Shown in pieces: positions 17,272 through 27,002 of a stretch of DNA of 38,105 nt; the stretch's first letter is position 1; each line of letters begins with the position of its first letter. The DNA is from Candidatus Eiseniibacteriota bacterium. GTDB lineage: Bacteria > Eisenbacteria > RBG-16-71-46 > SZUA-252. The notes beneath the pieces were generated by a model. The model was not told where the DNA came from. It saw nothing but the letters and a program-made list of their open reading frames with translations, and ran no database searches. The DNA is taken from the NCBI GenBank assembly GCA_043741515.1, contig JAYUAE010000213.1:1-38105 (forward strand), given 5' to 3'. The position numbers and the translations under genes are program-made.

Positions 17272-18323
17272 GCCACGCGCCGCACGATCCGGTCCGACTG
17301 ACCGAGCAGGTTTCCTGCGCCGGCTGCGCCGCGAAGCTGAGCCCGGTGGACCTGAAGGACGTCCTGTCCGTCCTGTCGGGCTCGCCGCGGTTGAAGGGCG
17401 TTCTCGTGGGGCCGGACACCTGGGACGACGCCGGGGTCTTCCGCATCTCGGCCACGCGGGCGCTGGTGCAGACCGTCGATTTCTTCACGCCCATGGTGAA
17501 CGACCCGTTCGAGTTCGGACGGATCGCCGCGACGAACGCGCTGAGCGACGTCTATGCGATGGGCGGTACGCCGCTGACCGCGCTCTCCATCGTCTGCTAC
17601 CCCGAGTCGGGCGACATGCAGATCCTCCGCGAGATCCTTCGCGGGGGCGCCGAGACCCTGAAGCGGGCGCGCGTCGCTCTCATGGGCGGGCATTCCGTGC
17701 GCGACAAGGAGATGAAGTTCGGCTTCGCGGTCACCGGTGAGGTCCACCCCAAGCGCATCGTTTCCAACGCGGGCGCCAGGAGCGGCGACGTCCTCGTGCT
17801 CACGAAGCCGCTCGGGGTCGGCATCCTCGCGACCGCGCTCAAGCAGCGGCTGCTCCCGGAGGACTCGATCCGATTGATGACCGAGCAGATGGCCACCCTG
17901 AACCGCGCCGCCGGGGATGCCATGCAGGCCGTGGGCGTGAGCGCGGCGACCGATGTGACCGGCTTCGGCCTCCTGGGCCATGCGCTGAACGTGGCGCGGG
18001 CGAGCAAGAAGACGATCCGCATCTGGAGCGCCGCGGTTCCGGTCCTTCCGGGCGTGCTCCGCCTCGCGGATCGCGATATCGTCCCGGGGGGGCTCCACAC
18101 CAACGCGGCCTACGTCGCGCCGTTCGTGACGTTCGAGGAGAACGTGCCCGAGGCTCTTCGCAAGGTGTTCGTCGACCCGCAGACTTCGGGCGGGCTCCTG
18201 ATCGCGGTCCGGCCGTCGCGCGCGAACGCGCTCATGTCCCGCCTCGCGCGCGCCAAGGTCGCCGGGGCGATCATCGGCGAGGTCCGGCCGCGGCGCGCGC
18301 GGCCCCTCGAAGTTGACGCGTGA
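17268..18323 (+). CDS. selD: Selenide, water dikinase (selenophosphate synthetase), Cys form
   Basis: CAGCAAKL (TGC codons), DDAGV, TVDFFTP, NALSDVYAMGG, TKPLGVG, TDVTGFGLLGH, DPQTSGGLL. Confidence 0.96.
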   Translation: MSHAPHDPVRLTEQVSCAGCAAKLSPVDLKDVLSVLSGSPRLKGVLVGPDTWDDAGVFRISATRALVQTVDFFTPMVNDPFEFGRIAATNALSDVYAMGGTPLTALSIVCYPESGDMQILREILRGGAETLKRARVALMGGHSVRDKEMKFGFAVTGEVHPKRIVSNAGARSGDVLVLTKPLGVGILATALKQRLLPEDSIRLMTEQMATLNRAAGDAMQAVGVSAATDVTGFGLLGHALNVARASKKTIRIWSAAVPVLPGVLRLADRDIVPGGLHTNAAYVAPFVTFEENVPEALRKVFVDPQTSGGLLIAVRPSRANALMSRLARAKVAGAIIGEVRPRRARPLEVDA

Positions 18324-18328
18324 GTTCC

Positions 18329-18426
18329 GGGGACGGATGGGTTCTGGTGGACTCCGAGGACTTCAAATCCTTACGTCGGGCGCTAAAACCGTCCGAGGTG
18401 GGTTCGATTCCCACACGTTCCCGCCA
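18329..18426 (+). tRNA. selC: tRNA-Sec (TCA)
   Basis: Anticodon arm GAGGA-CTTCAAA-TCCTT, 6-bp D stem with TGGT loop, long variable arm TCGGGCG/CGTCCGA, T arm GTGGG-TTCGATT-CCCAC, G discriminator + CCA; 5 nt after selD. Confidence 0.93.
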
Positions 18427-18446
18427 CCACGCTGAGGGAGGGAAGC

Positions 18447-18722
18447 ATGCACGGATTCATCCATTCGCTCGTCGGGCTCGACTGGAACGATCCGCGCGTC
18501 ATTGGGTTTCTGATCGCCGTCGCGATCGTCGCGCTGGCGCGAAAGTGGGCGTTCGTGATCCTCGTGGTGCTGATCGTGACCCTCGCGGAGGGGCTGCAGT
18601 ACCTCCTGGCGAATTCCTCGCTGGGGCATGATTTCGTACACGGAGTCGTGATCGGAGTCTATGGATTCGGTGGATTGCTCCTTCTCTTCCTTGCCATCGC
18701 GCACGCGTTCACGAAGGAATAG
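18447..18722 (+). CDS. Small hypothetical membrane protein (about 3 hydrophobic helices)
   Basis: SD GAGGGAGG; hydrophobic segments; plausible codon usage. Confidence 0.7.
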   Translation: MHGFIHSLVGLDWNDPRVIGFLIAVAIVALARKWAFVILVVLIVTLAEGLQYLLANSSLGHDFVHGVVIGVYGFGGLLLLFLAIAHAFTKE

Positions 18723-19284
18723 CGCCGCGCTCCCGCTCCCGCCGGCTTTTCTCCTCGCGGCCGCCATCGTGGCGTCCGCCGCCGCGCTCGCGGCCGCCGC
18801 GGTCCCTGCGGCGGCTCAGCCGGTTCTCGCGGCGAAGCCCGCGCGAAGCGACTCGGTCTCGCATCGCTCCAGCCCGTTCCATGTGATGCTGCGCTCGGCG
18901 GCCGTGCCGGGATGGGGACAGCTCTACAACCACAAGGTCCTCAAGGCCGGTCTCGTGGTCGCGGGTGAGGGCTTCATCGTGTTCGAGGCATTGCACGAAT
19001 TCTCCCTCGAAAACCGGGCGGTGGACCGCCAGGTCGCCATCCTCGAGGCGGGGGGCGACCTTTCCGACCCCGCGTACATCCTCGCGGGGCAGGACAAGGA
19101 GACGCATCGCAACCTCAAGATCACCTGGATCTGGTGGGGCCTCGCCGCGCACCTGCTCTCCATGGCAGACGCCTACGTGGACGCCCACCTCGCCAACTTC
19201 GACGCCGATTTCGGCCCGCCCGAAACTGCGGCGGACATCGGGGAGAAGCCCCGCCTGACCCTCGCATTCAGGACCCGGTTCTAG
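18661..19284 (+). CDS. Hypothetical exported/membrane protein, DUF5683-like
   Basis: [22 protein letters not shown] and [10 protein letters not shown] motifs; C-terminal Phe; start uncertain (18661, 18691 or 18769). Confidence 0.65.
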   Translation: MDSVDCSFSSLPSRTRSRRNSAALPLPPAFLLAAAIVASAAALAAAAVPAAAQPVLAAKPARSDSVSHRSSPFHVMLRSAAVPGWGQLYNHKVLKAGLVVAGEGFIVFEALHEFSLENRAVDRQVAILEAGGDLSDPAYILAGQDKETHRNLKITWIWWGLAAHLLSMADAYVDAHLANFDADFGPPETAADIGEKPRLTLAFRTRF

Positions 19285-19291
19285 CCCCGCC

Positions 19292-21094
19292 ATGTTCCCC
19301 CGCTCGCTCGTCCGGAACTTCTGCATCATCGCGCACATCGACCACGGGAAGTCGACGCTGGCCGACCGGCTGCTGGAGATCACGAACACGATCCCGCGCG
19401 GCAAGATGAAGGAGCAGGTTCTGGACAACATGGACCTGGAGCGCGAGAAGGGGATCACCATCAAGTCGCACGCGATCGCGATGGAGTACCGCGCTCGGGA
19501 CGGGGAGACCTACCAGCTCAACCTCATCGACACGCCCGGGCACGTGGACTTCACGTACGAGGTCTCGAGAAGCCTCGCCGCGTGCGAGGGGGCGATTCTG
19601 GTCGTGGACGCCTCGCAGGGCATCGAGGCCCAGACGCTCTCGAATCTCTTCCTGGCGCTGGACCAGAAGCTCACGATCGTACCCGTGCTGAACAAGATCG
19701 ATCTACCGGCGGCTCACCCCGACGACGTCTCGCTGGAAATGGCGCACCTCCTCCACATGGAGCCCGAGGACGTGATCCGGGTCTCCGCGAAGGAGGGGCG
19801 GAACGTCGAGGCCCTTCTGGAGGCGGTCATCCACCACGTGCCGCCGCCCCCGGACGAAAGCGCGGGATCCCTCCAGGCGCTGATCTTCGATTCCGTGTTC
19901 GACCAGTTCCGCGGGGTCATCGTGTATGCGCGGATCGTGCGCGGCACCATTCGCGCGGGCTCGTCGATCCGGTTCCACGCGACGGGAAAGACCCACGAGG
20001 TCCTGGAGGTCGGCGTGCTCCGCCTGGGGCTGGAACCCCGGTCCGAGCTTGCCGCCGGGGACGTGGGGTACGTGATCGCGAACGTGAAGGTCGTGTCCGA
20101 CGCCAAGGTGGGAGACACGATCACGGAAGCCGCCGATCCGAACGCCGAGGCACTGCCGGGATACCGTCCCGTGAAGCCGATGGTCTTCTCGGGGCTGTAC
20201 CCGATCGACGCCGAGAGCTACGAAAGTCTGAAGGAATCGCTTTCCAAGCTCCAGCTGAACGACGCCTCGCTGACCTTCGAGCCGGAAACCTCGCTCGCCC
20301 TGGGATTCGGCTTCCGCTGCGGGTTCCTGGGCCTCCTCCACATGGAGATCATCCAGGAGCGGCTGACCCGCGAGTACAACGTGAACCTGATCGCCACGGT
20401 GCCCAGCGTGGAGTACCGCGTCACGAAGACGAACGCCGAGGTGGTGCTCGTGGAGAACCCGGCGCTCCTCCCGCCCGCCAACCAGATCGAGCAGATCGAG
20501 GAGCCGTTCGTGCGGGCACAGGTCGTGGTGCCCGCCGACTACGTGGGGAACATCATGAAGCTGGCGCAGGACCGGCGCGGCATCTTCATCGGGATGGAAT
20601 TTCCGGACGAGGCCCGCGCGCACATCACCTACGAGCTGCCGCTCGCGGAGATCGTGCTCGACTTCTACGACAAGCTGAAATCCATCAGCCGCGGGTATGC
20701 CTCCCTGGACTACGAGTTCACGGCCATGAAGCCGGCCGATCTGGTGCGCATGGACCTCCTCCTGAACAGCGAGCCGGTGGACGCGCTCTCGGTGATCGTG
20801 CACCGCGAGAAGGCGTACGAGTGGGGGCGCGACGTCGCGGCCAAGCTCAAGGAGCTCATCCCGCGTCAGATGTTTCCGATCGCGGTGCAGGCGACGATCG
20901 GAAACCACGTCATCGCGCGCGAGACCATCTCCGCCTTGCGCAAGAACGTCATCGCGAAGTGCTATGGCGGGGACATCACGCGCAAGCGGAAGCTTCTCGA
21001 GAAACAGAAAGAAGGCAAGAAACGTATGAAACAGGTGGGGACCGTCCGCATTCCGCAAGAAGCGTTTCTCGCGGTCCTGCGCGTGGAGCGTTAG
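19292..21094 (+). CDS. lepA: Elongation factor 4
   Basis: [63 protein letters not shown]. Confidence 0.98.
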   Translation: MFPRSLVRNFCIIAHIDHGKSTLADRLLEITNTIPRGKMKEQVLDNMDLEREKGITIKSHAIAMEYRARDGETYQLNLIDTPGHVDFTYEVSRSLAACEGAILVVDASQGIEAQTLSNLFLALDQKLTIVPVLNKIDLPAAHPDDVSLEMAHLLHMEPEDVIRVSAKEGRNVEALLEAVIHHVPPPPDESAGSLQALIFDSVFDQFRGVIVYARIVRGTIRAGSSIRFHATGKTHEVLEVGVLRLGLEPRSELAAGDVGYVIANVKVVSDAKVGDTITEAADPNAEALPGYRPVKPMVFSGLYPIDAESYESLKESLSKLQLNDASLTFEPETSLALGFGFRCGFLGLLHMEIIQERLTREYNVNLIATVPSVEYRVTKTNAEVVLVENPALLPPANQIEQIEEPFVRAQVVVPADYVGNIMKLAQDRRGIFIGMEFPDEARAHITYELPLAEIVLDFYDKLKSISRGYASLDYEFTAMKPADLVRMDLLLNSEPVDALSVIVHREKAYEWGRDVAAKLKELIPRQMFPIAVQATIGNHVIARETISALRKNVIAKCYGGDITRKRKLLEKQKEGKKRMKQVGTVRIPQEAFLAVLRVER

Positions 21095-21116
21095 GGCTGC
21101 TTTGGGAGGGGATCGA

Positions 21117-21791
21117 ATGGAAAGCGCGAGAGTAGCTTCCAAGACGGGAACCCGGCGCTCGGCCCGGACCAAGTCCACCATGCGGGAGTACGTCGAGGCG
21201 ATCGTCCTCGCGATCCTGCTCACCGTGGTGATCCGGGGCCTGGTGGTGCAGGCGTTCCGCATCCCGACCGGATCCATGGAGAACACGCTCCTGGTCGGAG
21301 ACTTCCTCTTCGTGAACAAACTCGTCTACGGCTCGGAGATCGACATCGGGGCCGCGGGGCACCGCATGGTCTATTGCCGCTTTCCGGCGATCCGCCCGCC
21401 GCACCGCGGCGATGTCATCGTCTTCCGATACCCGGACGACCCGAGCCGCGACTTCATCAAGCGCTGCGTCGCGGTGGAAGGGCAGACCGTCGAGATCCGA
21501 GACAAGGTCCTCTACGTGAACGATCAGGCGCAGGTGGAGCCCTACATCATCCACTCTGACGACCGGGTCCTGCCCAAGGAGATCAGCGCCCGCGACAACT
21601 TCGGACCCACCGTGGTTCCCAAGGGGCATCTCTTCATGATGGGGGACAATCGCGACAATAGTCACGACAGCCGCTTCTGGGGTCCGCTTCCTGTCAATCT
21701 CATCAAGGGGAAGGCGATGATCATCTACTGGTCCTGGGACGCCGAGAAGAACATGCCGCGTTTCAACCGTCTCTTCCATCCGGTGCGCTGA
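21117..21791 (+). CDS. lepB: Signal peptidase I
   Basis: IPTGSMENTLLVGD, FIKRCV, MGDNRDNSHDSRFWG; SD GGGAGG. Confidence 0.95.
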   Translation: MESARVASKTGTRRSARTKSTMREYVEAIVLAILLTVVIRGLVVQAFRIPTGSMENTLLVGDFLFVNKLVYGSEIDIGAAGHRMVYCRFPAIRPPHRGDVIVFRYPDDPSRDFIKRCVAVEGQTVEIRDKVLYVNDQAQVEPYIIHSDDRVLPKEISARDNFGPTVVPKGHLFMMGDNRDNSHDSRFWGPLPVNLIKGKAMIIYWSWDAEKNMPRFNRLFHPVR

Positions 21792-21794
21792 AGC

Positions 21795-22982
21795 GTGGAA
21801 TACGGTCTCTATATCCACCTGCCGTACTGCCGGAGCATCTGCCCGTACTGCGATTTCGTGAAGTCGCCACTCCACCGGGCCGAGCCCGCTCGCCTGCTCG
21901 CGGCGCTCGCGCGCGAGTGGGAGCTGGCGCGGGCGAGTGACGGCGCGACGTGGGCCCGCCCTCGGACGATCTACGCGGGCGGCGGGACGCCCACCGCCCT
22001 CGACGCCGCTTCCCTCCGGCAACTCCTGGCGTGGATCGCGGCCTCATGGGACCTGGGCCGCGTGCGCGAGTTCACGGTGGAGGCGAATCCGGAGGGGCTG
22101 GACGATGAGAAGCTCTCGATCCTCCTCGCGGGCGGAGTGAACCGCCTGAGCCTCGGCGTCCAGTCGCTCGAGCCGGCCTCGCTTCGCGCGCTCGGCCGCA
22201 TCCACACCGCGGAAGATGCGCTCGCGAAGCTCCTGCTCGCCCGCCGGACCGGTTTCGGGAACGTCTCCGTGGATCTCATGTACGGCGTCCCCGGGGAAAC
22301 CGCCGCGGGCTTCCGCGATGCGCTCGCGAGGCTCGTGGATCTCGGGGTGCCGCATCTCTCCGCGTATCCACTGCAAGTGGAGGAAGGCACGCCGCTCCAT
22401 GCCAAGGCGGCGCGCGGCGCGATCGCCATCCCAGGCGAGGAGGAGGTGCTCGCGCGGTACGAGGATCTGGTTTCAATCCTCGGGCGCGCGGGATATCGCC
22501 ACTACGAGGTCTCCAACTTCGCGCTTCCCGGGTTCCACTCGCGGCACAACGAGGGTTACTGGACCCGGCGCCCGTATCTGGGCCTGGGCCCCGGCGCGCA
22601 CTCCTTCGACGGCCGCGCCCGCTGGGGCAACGACGAGTCGATCGCGCGCTGGTTCACGCGCGTCGAAACGGGAGAGCTGCCGCGGGAGGGGCTCCGCGAG
22701 GTTGCCGCGAAGGAGGCGGCGGAAGAAGGGGTCTTCCTGGGATTGCGCCGGGCACGCGGCCTCAGGCGCACGAAGCACCTCGCTTCATTCGCGGCCGGCG
22801 AGATCGATTCATGGACCCGGTGGGCCGAGGCCGGAAGCGCGCTCGAGAGGTCGCCCGGGGGACGGGTCCGCCCGAATGACCGGGGGCTCTTCCTCGCGCA
22901 CGACCTCGCCAGCGAGCTGTTCGCGCGGACCGATCACGCGGCCTCGAACCCCGCCCGCTTGACATCCGCCGCGCCAGGCTGA
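21795..22982 (+). CDS. hemW: Radical SAM heme chaperone HemW
   Basis: YIHLPYCRSICPYCDF, GGGTPT, EANP, HYEVSNFA, HNEGYW; lepA-hemW-hrcA context. Confidence 0.9.
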   Translation: MEYGLYIHLPYCRSICPYCDFVKSPLHRAEPARLLAALAREWELARASDGATWARPRTIYAGGGTPTALDAASLRQLLAWIAASWDLGRVREFTVEANPEGLDDEKLSILLAGGVNRLSLGVQSLEPASLRALGRIHTAEDALAKLLLARRTGFGNVSVDLMYGVPGETAAGFRDALARLVDLGVPHLSAYPLQVEEGTPLHAKAARGAIAIPGEEEVLARYEDLVSILGRAGYRHYEVSNFALPGFHSRHNEGYWTRRPYLGLGPGAHSFDGRARWGNDESIARWFTRVETGELPREGLREVAAKEAAEEGVFLGLRRARGLRRTKHLASFAAGEIDSWTRWAEAGSALERSPGGRVRPNDRGLFLAHDLASELFARTDHAASNPARLTSAAPG

Positions 22983-22988
22983 TAGCGT
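22959..22988 (+). promoter_or_regulatory. Putative sigma70 promoter of the hrcA operon
   Basis: TTGACA-18 nt-TAGCGT with extended TG, immediately upstream of CIRCE. Confidence 0.65.
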
Positions 22989-22997
22989 TCGCCAGGG

Positions 22998-23024
22998 CTG
23001 GCACTTGCCTCGGGCGAGTGCCAA
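22998..23024 (+). promoter_or_regulatory. CIRCE element (HrcA operator)
   Basis: CTGGCACTT-N9-GAGTGCCAA versus consensus TTAGCACTC-N9-GAGTGCTAA, directly before hrcA. Confidence 0.88.
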
Positions 23025-23035
23025 CCCCCGAACCC

Positions 23036-24061
23036 ATGCTCCGAACCAATCTCAACGAGCGGCATTGCCGGATCCTCAAGTTCGTGGTGGAAAGCCACGT
23101 CATGAGGGCGGAACCGGTCGGCTCCCAGTACGTCCGGATGGCCTACCATCTGAGCATCTCGCCTGCCACCATTCGCGGAGCCATGAAGCGGCTGGAGGAG
23201 GAGGGTCTTCTCGACCATCCACACACTTCGGCCGGCCGGATTCCCACCGAGGCAGGTTACCGCTACTACGTCGACGCCCTGATGGAGCCCGAGCCGATCG
23301 CCCCGGCGACCCGGCGCGCGCTCAACAAGGCGCTCGAGCAGAACGCCGGTGTCGCGGAGGACCTCCAAGGCCTTGCGGCGCGCGTACTGGCGAAGAGCTC
23401 CGGGCAGCTGGCCATGGTCGGGGTCCGGCCTCGGGGCGCGGCCCCGATCGGCCGCTTCGATCTGGTCGCGCTCGACGGCGGCGAAGTTCTCCTGGCGCTC
23501 GGAGCGCGCGGCGACATCGGAATTACCGCCACCTGGCGGCCGCCCGGCTCGGCGGATCCCGCCACCGTCCGGCTCGCGGAGCGGTGGATCGCGGCGCGTC
23601 TTCCGCTCGGCGGTCCGTCCGCATGCGCGGTGCTGGCGCTCGCCGCGCGGGAAATCGCCCCCGCGCCCGCGCGCACCCTGATCGAGGAGGCGCTCCGTCG
23701 CGCGGCGAGAATGCTCGCGGCGCTCGAGCGCACCGAGGTTCGCATCGGGGGCGCGGGAAACATCGCGGCCCAGCCTGAATTCCAGACGGCCGACCGGCTC
23801 CGCGCCCTCGTGTCGCTTCTGGCGGAGCCCGAGCCGCTGACGCGCGCGCTGGATGCCTTCATGGATTCCGGAGGAGCCCGGGTCACGATCGGCCGCGAGC
23901 TGGGGGAGGACGCGATGAGCGCCTGCTCCCTGGTCGGTACGGGAATCGCATCGAGCAGCTTCCGCGGTTCTCTCGCCGTGCTCGGTCCGGTCCGCATGCC
24001 GTATCCCAGACTACTTTCGCTCGTCTCCTATGTCGGAGAGCGACTCACGGAGTTTTCATGA
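23036..24061 (+). CDS. hrcA: Heat-inducible transcription repressor
   Basis: EPVGS, SPATIR..M..LEEEG, HPHTSAGRIPTEAGYRYYVD, LGPVRMPY; ATG 23036 preferred over GTG 23018, which lies inside CIRCE. Confidence 0.94.
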   Translation: MLRTNLNERHCRILKFVVESHVMRAEPVGSQYVRMAYHLSISPATIRGAMKRLEEEGLLDHPHTSAGRIPTEAGYRYYVDALMEPEPIAPATRRALNKALEQNAGVAEDLQGLAARVLAKSSGQLAMVGVRPRGAAPIGRFDLVALDGGEVLLALGARGDIGITATWRPPGSADPATVRLAERWIAARLPLGGPSACAVLALAAREIAPAPARTLIEEALRRAARMLAALERTEVRIGGAGNIAAQPEFQTADRLRALVSLLAEPEPLTRALDAFMDSGGARVTIGRELGEDAMSACSLVGTGIASSSFRGSLAVLGPVRMPYPRLLSLVSYVGERLTEFS

Positions 24062-24618
24062 CACGCAAGAAAGAGATTCACGAGGAGAATCCCGAAACCG
24101 GCGCGGAGGCCGCAGGCGCGCCGCAGCCCGCGACCCACGTCGAGGATCCCGCCAGGCTGGCGGAGGAGCTTAAGCGCGCGCGCATCCGCGAGGACGAGCT
24201 TCTCCGCGCCGTGGCCGAGCTGACCAATGTGAACCGGCGCCGGAAGCAGGACATGGAGACCATCGTCCTCTCCGCGCAGGAATCGCTGGTCCGGAGCCTT
24301 CTCCCTGTCCTCGACGACATCGACCGGGCGATCGCGCATTCGAAGGATCGCGAGAGCGATCCGTTCCGTTCCGGGCTCCTCATGATCCGCGAGCGGCTCT
24401 GGCAAATCCTGGCAAGGGAAGGGCTGGAGCCGATCGAGGCGCTGGGAGCGCCCTTCGATCCCGAGGTGCACGAGGCGGTCGCGCAGCGGCCGAGCGCGGA
24501 GCAAGAGCCCGGCACGGTCCTCGAGGTGATCGCCACCGGATATCGCTTCCGGGGACGCGTGCTGCGGCATGCGCAGGTCCTCGTCGCGGCGAAGAACGCC
24601 GAGGAGAAGGGCTCCTGA
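24058..24618 (+). CDS. grpE: Nucleotide exchange factor GrpE
   Basis: [36 protein letters not shown]. Confidence 0.92.
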   Translation: MTRKKEIHEENPETGAEAAGAPQPATHVEDPARLAEELKRARIREDELLRAVAELTNVNRRRKQDMETIVLSAQESLVRSLLPVLDDIDRAIAHSKDRESDPFRSGLLMIRERLWQILAREGLEPIEALGAPFDPEVHEAVAQRPSAEQEPGTVLEVIATGYRFRGRVLRHAQVLVAAKNAEEKGS

Positions 24619-25757
24619 CCGCCACGCGAGATTACTACGAGATCCTGGGCGTCCCGAAGACTGCGTCGAACGAGGAGATCAAGAAGGCCTACCGCCAGCT
24701 GGCGATGAAGTATCACCCCGACAAGAATCCGGGGGACAAGAAGGCAGAGGAGTCCTTCAAGGAAGTGGCCGAGGCCTACGAAGTCCTCCACGATCCGGAC
24801 AAGCGCGCACACTACGACCGGGTCGGCCGTGCCGGACCGGCCCCGTTCCCCGGCGGCTCGGGCGGGGGCGGGTTCGCCGGGGCCGAGGGGTTCGATCTTG
24901 CCGACGCCCTGCGCGCCTTCATGCGCGACTTCGGCGGCATGGGAGGCGAAGGGTTCGAGGGCGGCCGTCGCGCGGGAAGGAACGAGCGCCGCGGACGGAA
25001 TCTCGAGATTCGCCTGCCGCTCTCGCTCGAGGAGATCGCGAACGGAGCGGAGAAGGTGATCAAGATCCGGCGCATGATTCCCTGCGCCGACTGCAGCGGC
25101 TCGGGCGCCAAGCCCGGCAGCAAGACCAAGACCTGCACGGCGTGCGGCGGCTCGGGGCAGGTTCGTTCGGTGCAACGGTCGGTCTTCGGTCAGCTCATCA
25201 GCGTGACCACCTGCGAGCGGTGTCATGGCGAAGGAACGATCATCGAGTCGCCGTGTCCCAAGTGCTCGGGCGAGGGGCGCGTGCGCGCCCAGGAGGAGAT
25301 CACGATCCGCGTGCCGCCCGGTGTGATGGAGGGGAACTACATTCCACTGCGCGGAATGGGGGACGCGGGGATCCGCGGCGGGCCTGCCGGCGACCTGATC
25401 GCCCACATCGAGGAGGTTCCGCATCCTCTCTTCGCGCGGGAAGGGGATGACCTCATTCTCGAGCTCCCCATCAGCTTCGCGCGCGCGGCGCTGGGCGGGA
25501 AGGTCGAGGTGCCCACGCTCGGCGGGCGCGCCAAGGTCACAATTCCGGCGGGCATCCAGTCCGGACAGGTGCTGCGTCTTCGAGGAAAGGGGCTCAGGGG
25601 CCTCCAGCGCTCCGCAACCGGGGATCAGCTCGTGCGCGTCACCGTGCACACGCCGCCCAAGGTGACCGATCGCGGAAAGAAGCTCTTCACGGAGCTGGAA
25701 GAGCTTTCGGATTCCGGCGTGCCGCCTCCGCACCGCCCGGACCGGAGCGCCGGCTGA
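24615..25757 (+). CDS. dnaJ: Chaperone DnaJ (probable CTG start)
   Basis: J-domain RDYYEILGV...[15 protein letters not shown] starts upstream of the first ATG (24705); four CxxCxGxG motifs; CTGA overlap with grpE stop; SD GAGGAG. Confidence 0.93.
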   Translation: MTATRDYYEILGVPKTASNEEIKKAYRQLAMKYHPDKNPGDKKAEESFKEVAEAYEVLHDPDKRAHYDRVGRAGPAPFPGGSGGGGFAGAEGFDLADALRAFMRDFGGMGGEGFEGGRRAGRNERRGRNLEIRLPLSLEEIANGAEKVIKIRRMIPCADCSGSGAKPGSKTKTCTACGGSGQVRSVQRSVFGQLISVTTCERCHGEGTIIESPCPKCSGEGRVRAQEEITIRVPPGVMEGNYIPLRGMGDAGIRGGPAGDLIAHIEEVPHPLFAREGDDLILELPISFARAALGGKVEVPTLGGRAKVTIPAGIQSGQVLRLRGKGLRGLQRSATGDQLVRVTVHTPPKVTDRGKKLFTELEELSDSGVPPPHRPDRSAG

Positions 25758-25758
25758 G

Positions 25759-26490
25759 TTGGAGAAGCTCAGGCTCCCCGACACCCCTTTCTGGGTCGAG
25801 CCTCTTTCCGTCGGTCCCGACCACCTCGAGCTGAGCCGCGAGGAATCGCACCATCTCCTCCATGTCCACCGCGCGAAGCCGGGCGCTCCGTTTCAGGCCA
25901 CGGACGGGCAGGGCGCTTTCTACGAGTGCGTGCTCGAGTCGGTGAAGCGCCACGCGGCGGTGGGTCGTATCGTGAGCCGCCGCGCGGACCAGGGTGAGCT
26001 CTCGCGTCCGATCGTGGTGCTCGTGGGAATGCCGGACCGGCGGGGCATCGAGCAGGTGGTCGAGCACGCGGTACCGCTCGGCGTGAGCGCGTTCAACTTC
26101 GTCGCGTGCGAGCGCAGCGCCCCCGGTGTTCTGGGGCCCCAGCGGCTCGCGAGGCTGGACCGGATCGTGCGCGCCTCGCTCAAGCAGTCGCGTCGGAGCC
26201 GCCTGCCCCGGATGGGCTCGGCGCCCACCCTCGACGCCGCCGTTGGCGGGCTCGCAGGTGGAGCGGCGCGATATGTGGCCGATCCGGGCGGCGAATTATT
26301 TGTACTTGCCAAGGCCGAAAGTACGCAAGCTGCTGTGCAATTGGCGATTGGGCCTCCAGGCGGATTTTCCGAGCGGGAGAGCCGGCTTCTGCTTGACGCC
26401 GGATTTTCGCCTATCTCACTGGGCCCCAGTAGATTAACTACCGAGACCGCCGCGCTGGCCCTGATCAGCCTCGCCCGAAATTCTTTGTAG
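25759..26490 (+). CDS. rsmE: RsmE-family SPOUT methyltransferase (divergent)
   Basis: dnaJ-rsmE context; ESHHLLHVHR, DGQG, LGV, KQSRR, IGPPGGFS..E, SLGPSRLTTETA. Confidence 0.82.
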   Translation: MEKLRLPDTPFWVEPLSVGPDHLELSREESHHLLHVHRAKPGAPFQATDGQGAFYECVLESVKRHAAVGRIVSRRADQGELSRPIVVLVGMPDRRGIEQVVEHAVPLGVSAFNFVACERSAPGVLGPQRLARLDRIVRASLKQSRRSRLPRMGSAPTLDAAVGGLAGGAARYVADPGGELFVLAKAESTQAAVQLAIGPPGGFSERESRLLLDAGFSPISLGPSRLTTETAALALISLARNSL

Positions 26491-26510
26491 GGCCGTAAGT
26501 TACAGGCCAA

Positions 26511-26539
26511 TTGACAGATCCGCCCCTTCGGAGTATCTT
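26511..26539 (+). promoter_or_regulatory. sigma70 promoter for rpsU operon
   Basis: TTGACA-17 nt-TATCTT. Confidence 0.7.
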
Positions 26540-26628
26540 GATTAGTGTTAGGCGTATGCTGCCCTCGAGGCGGTAGACGGAGGACTTTCTAGCGAACCTC
26601 AAACCATGGTTAGGAGGCGATTCATAGG

Positions 26629-26820
26629 ATGCCCGGCATCAGGGTGAAGGAAGGTGAATCCTTCGAGAGTGCCCTTCGCCGGTTCAAGAAGAAGTGTGAG
26701 AAGGCAGGAGTTCTCGCGGATTTGCGACGTCATCAGCACTTCGAAAAACCGAGCGAGCGGCGCAAGCGTAAGCTAAACGCCGCGAAGAGGAAGATGATGG
26801 CCCGGATGAAGGCGGAGTAA
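26629..26820 (+). CDS. rpsU: 30S ribosomal protein S21
   Basis: [39 protein letters not shown]; SD AGGAGG. Confidence 0.97.
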   Translation: MPGIRVKEGESFESALRRFKKKCEKAGVLADLRRHQHFEKPSERRKRKLNAAKRKMMARMKAE

Positions 26821-26850
26821 AGAGGAGCATCTCCGGACATCGGTTACCAA

Positions 26851-26883
26851 AGCGGGAAATCGGCTGACCGCCGGTTTCCCGCT
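26851..26883 (+). terminator. Strong hairpin downstream of rpsU (terminator or processing/stability element; no + strand U tract)
   Basis: agcgggaaatcggc-tgacc-gccggtttcccgct, 14-bp stem with one G-U pair. Confidence 0.5.
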
Positions 26884-27002
26884 CGCCCGCTTGGGCCGAC
26901 GCGACAACATCATCGTCCGTAGCAACGACACCCACACCTCCGGAAGCGAAAATCATTTCAAGCACACGAACGCGCGAGCCGCAGGGGTGGTCCGCTTCTC
27001 CT

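Noticed and set aside
17268-17340. Selenocysteine in SelD or other UGA recoding in the window
   Set aside because: The SelD active-site codons are TGC; I saw no gene whose homology continues in frame past a TGA, and read-through of TGA 27002 does not enter the mutS2 frame
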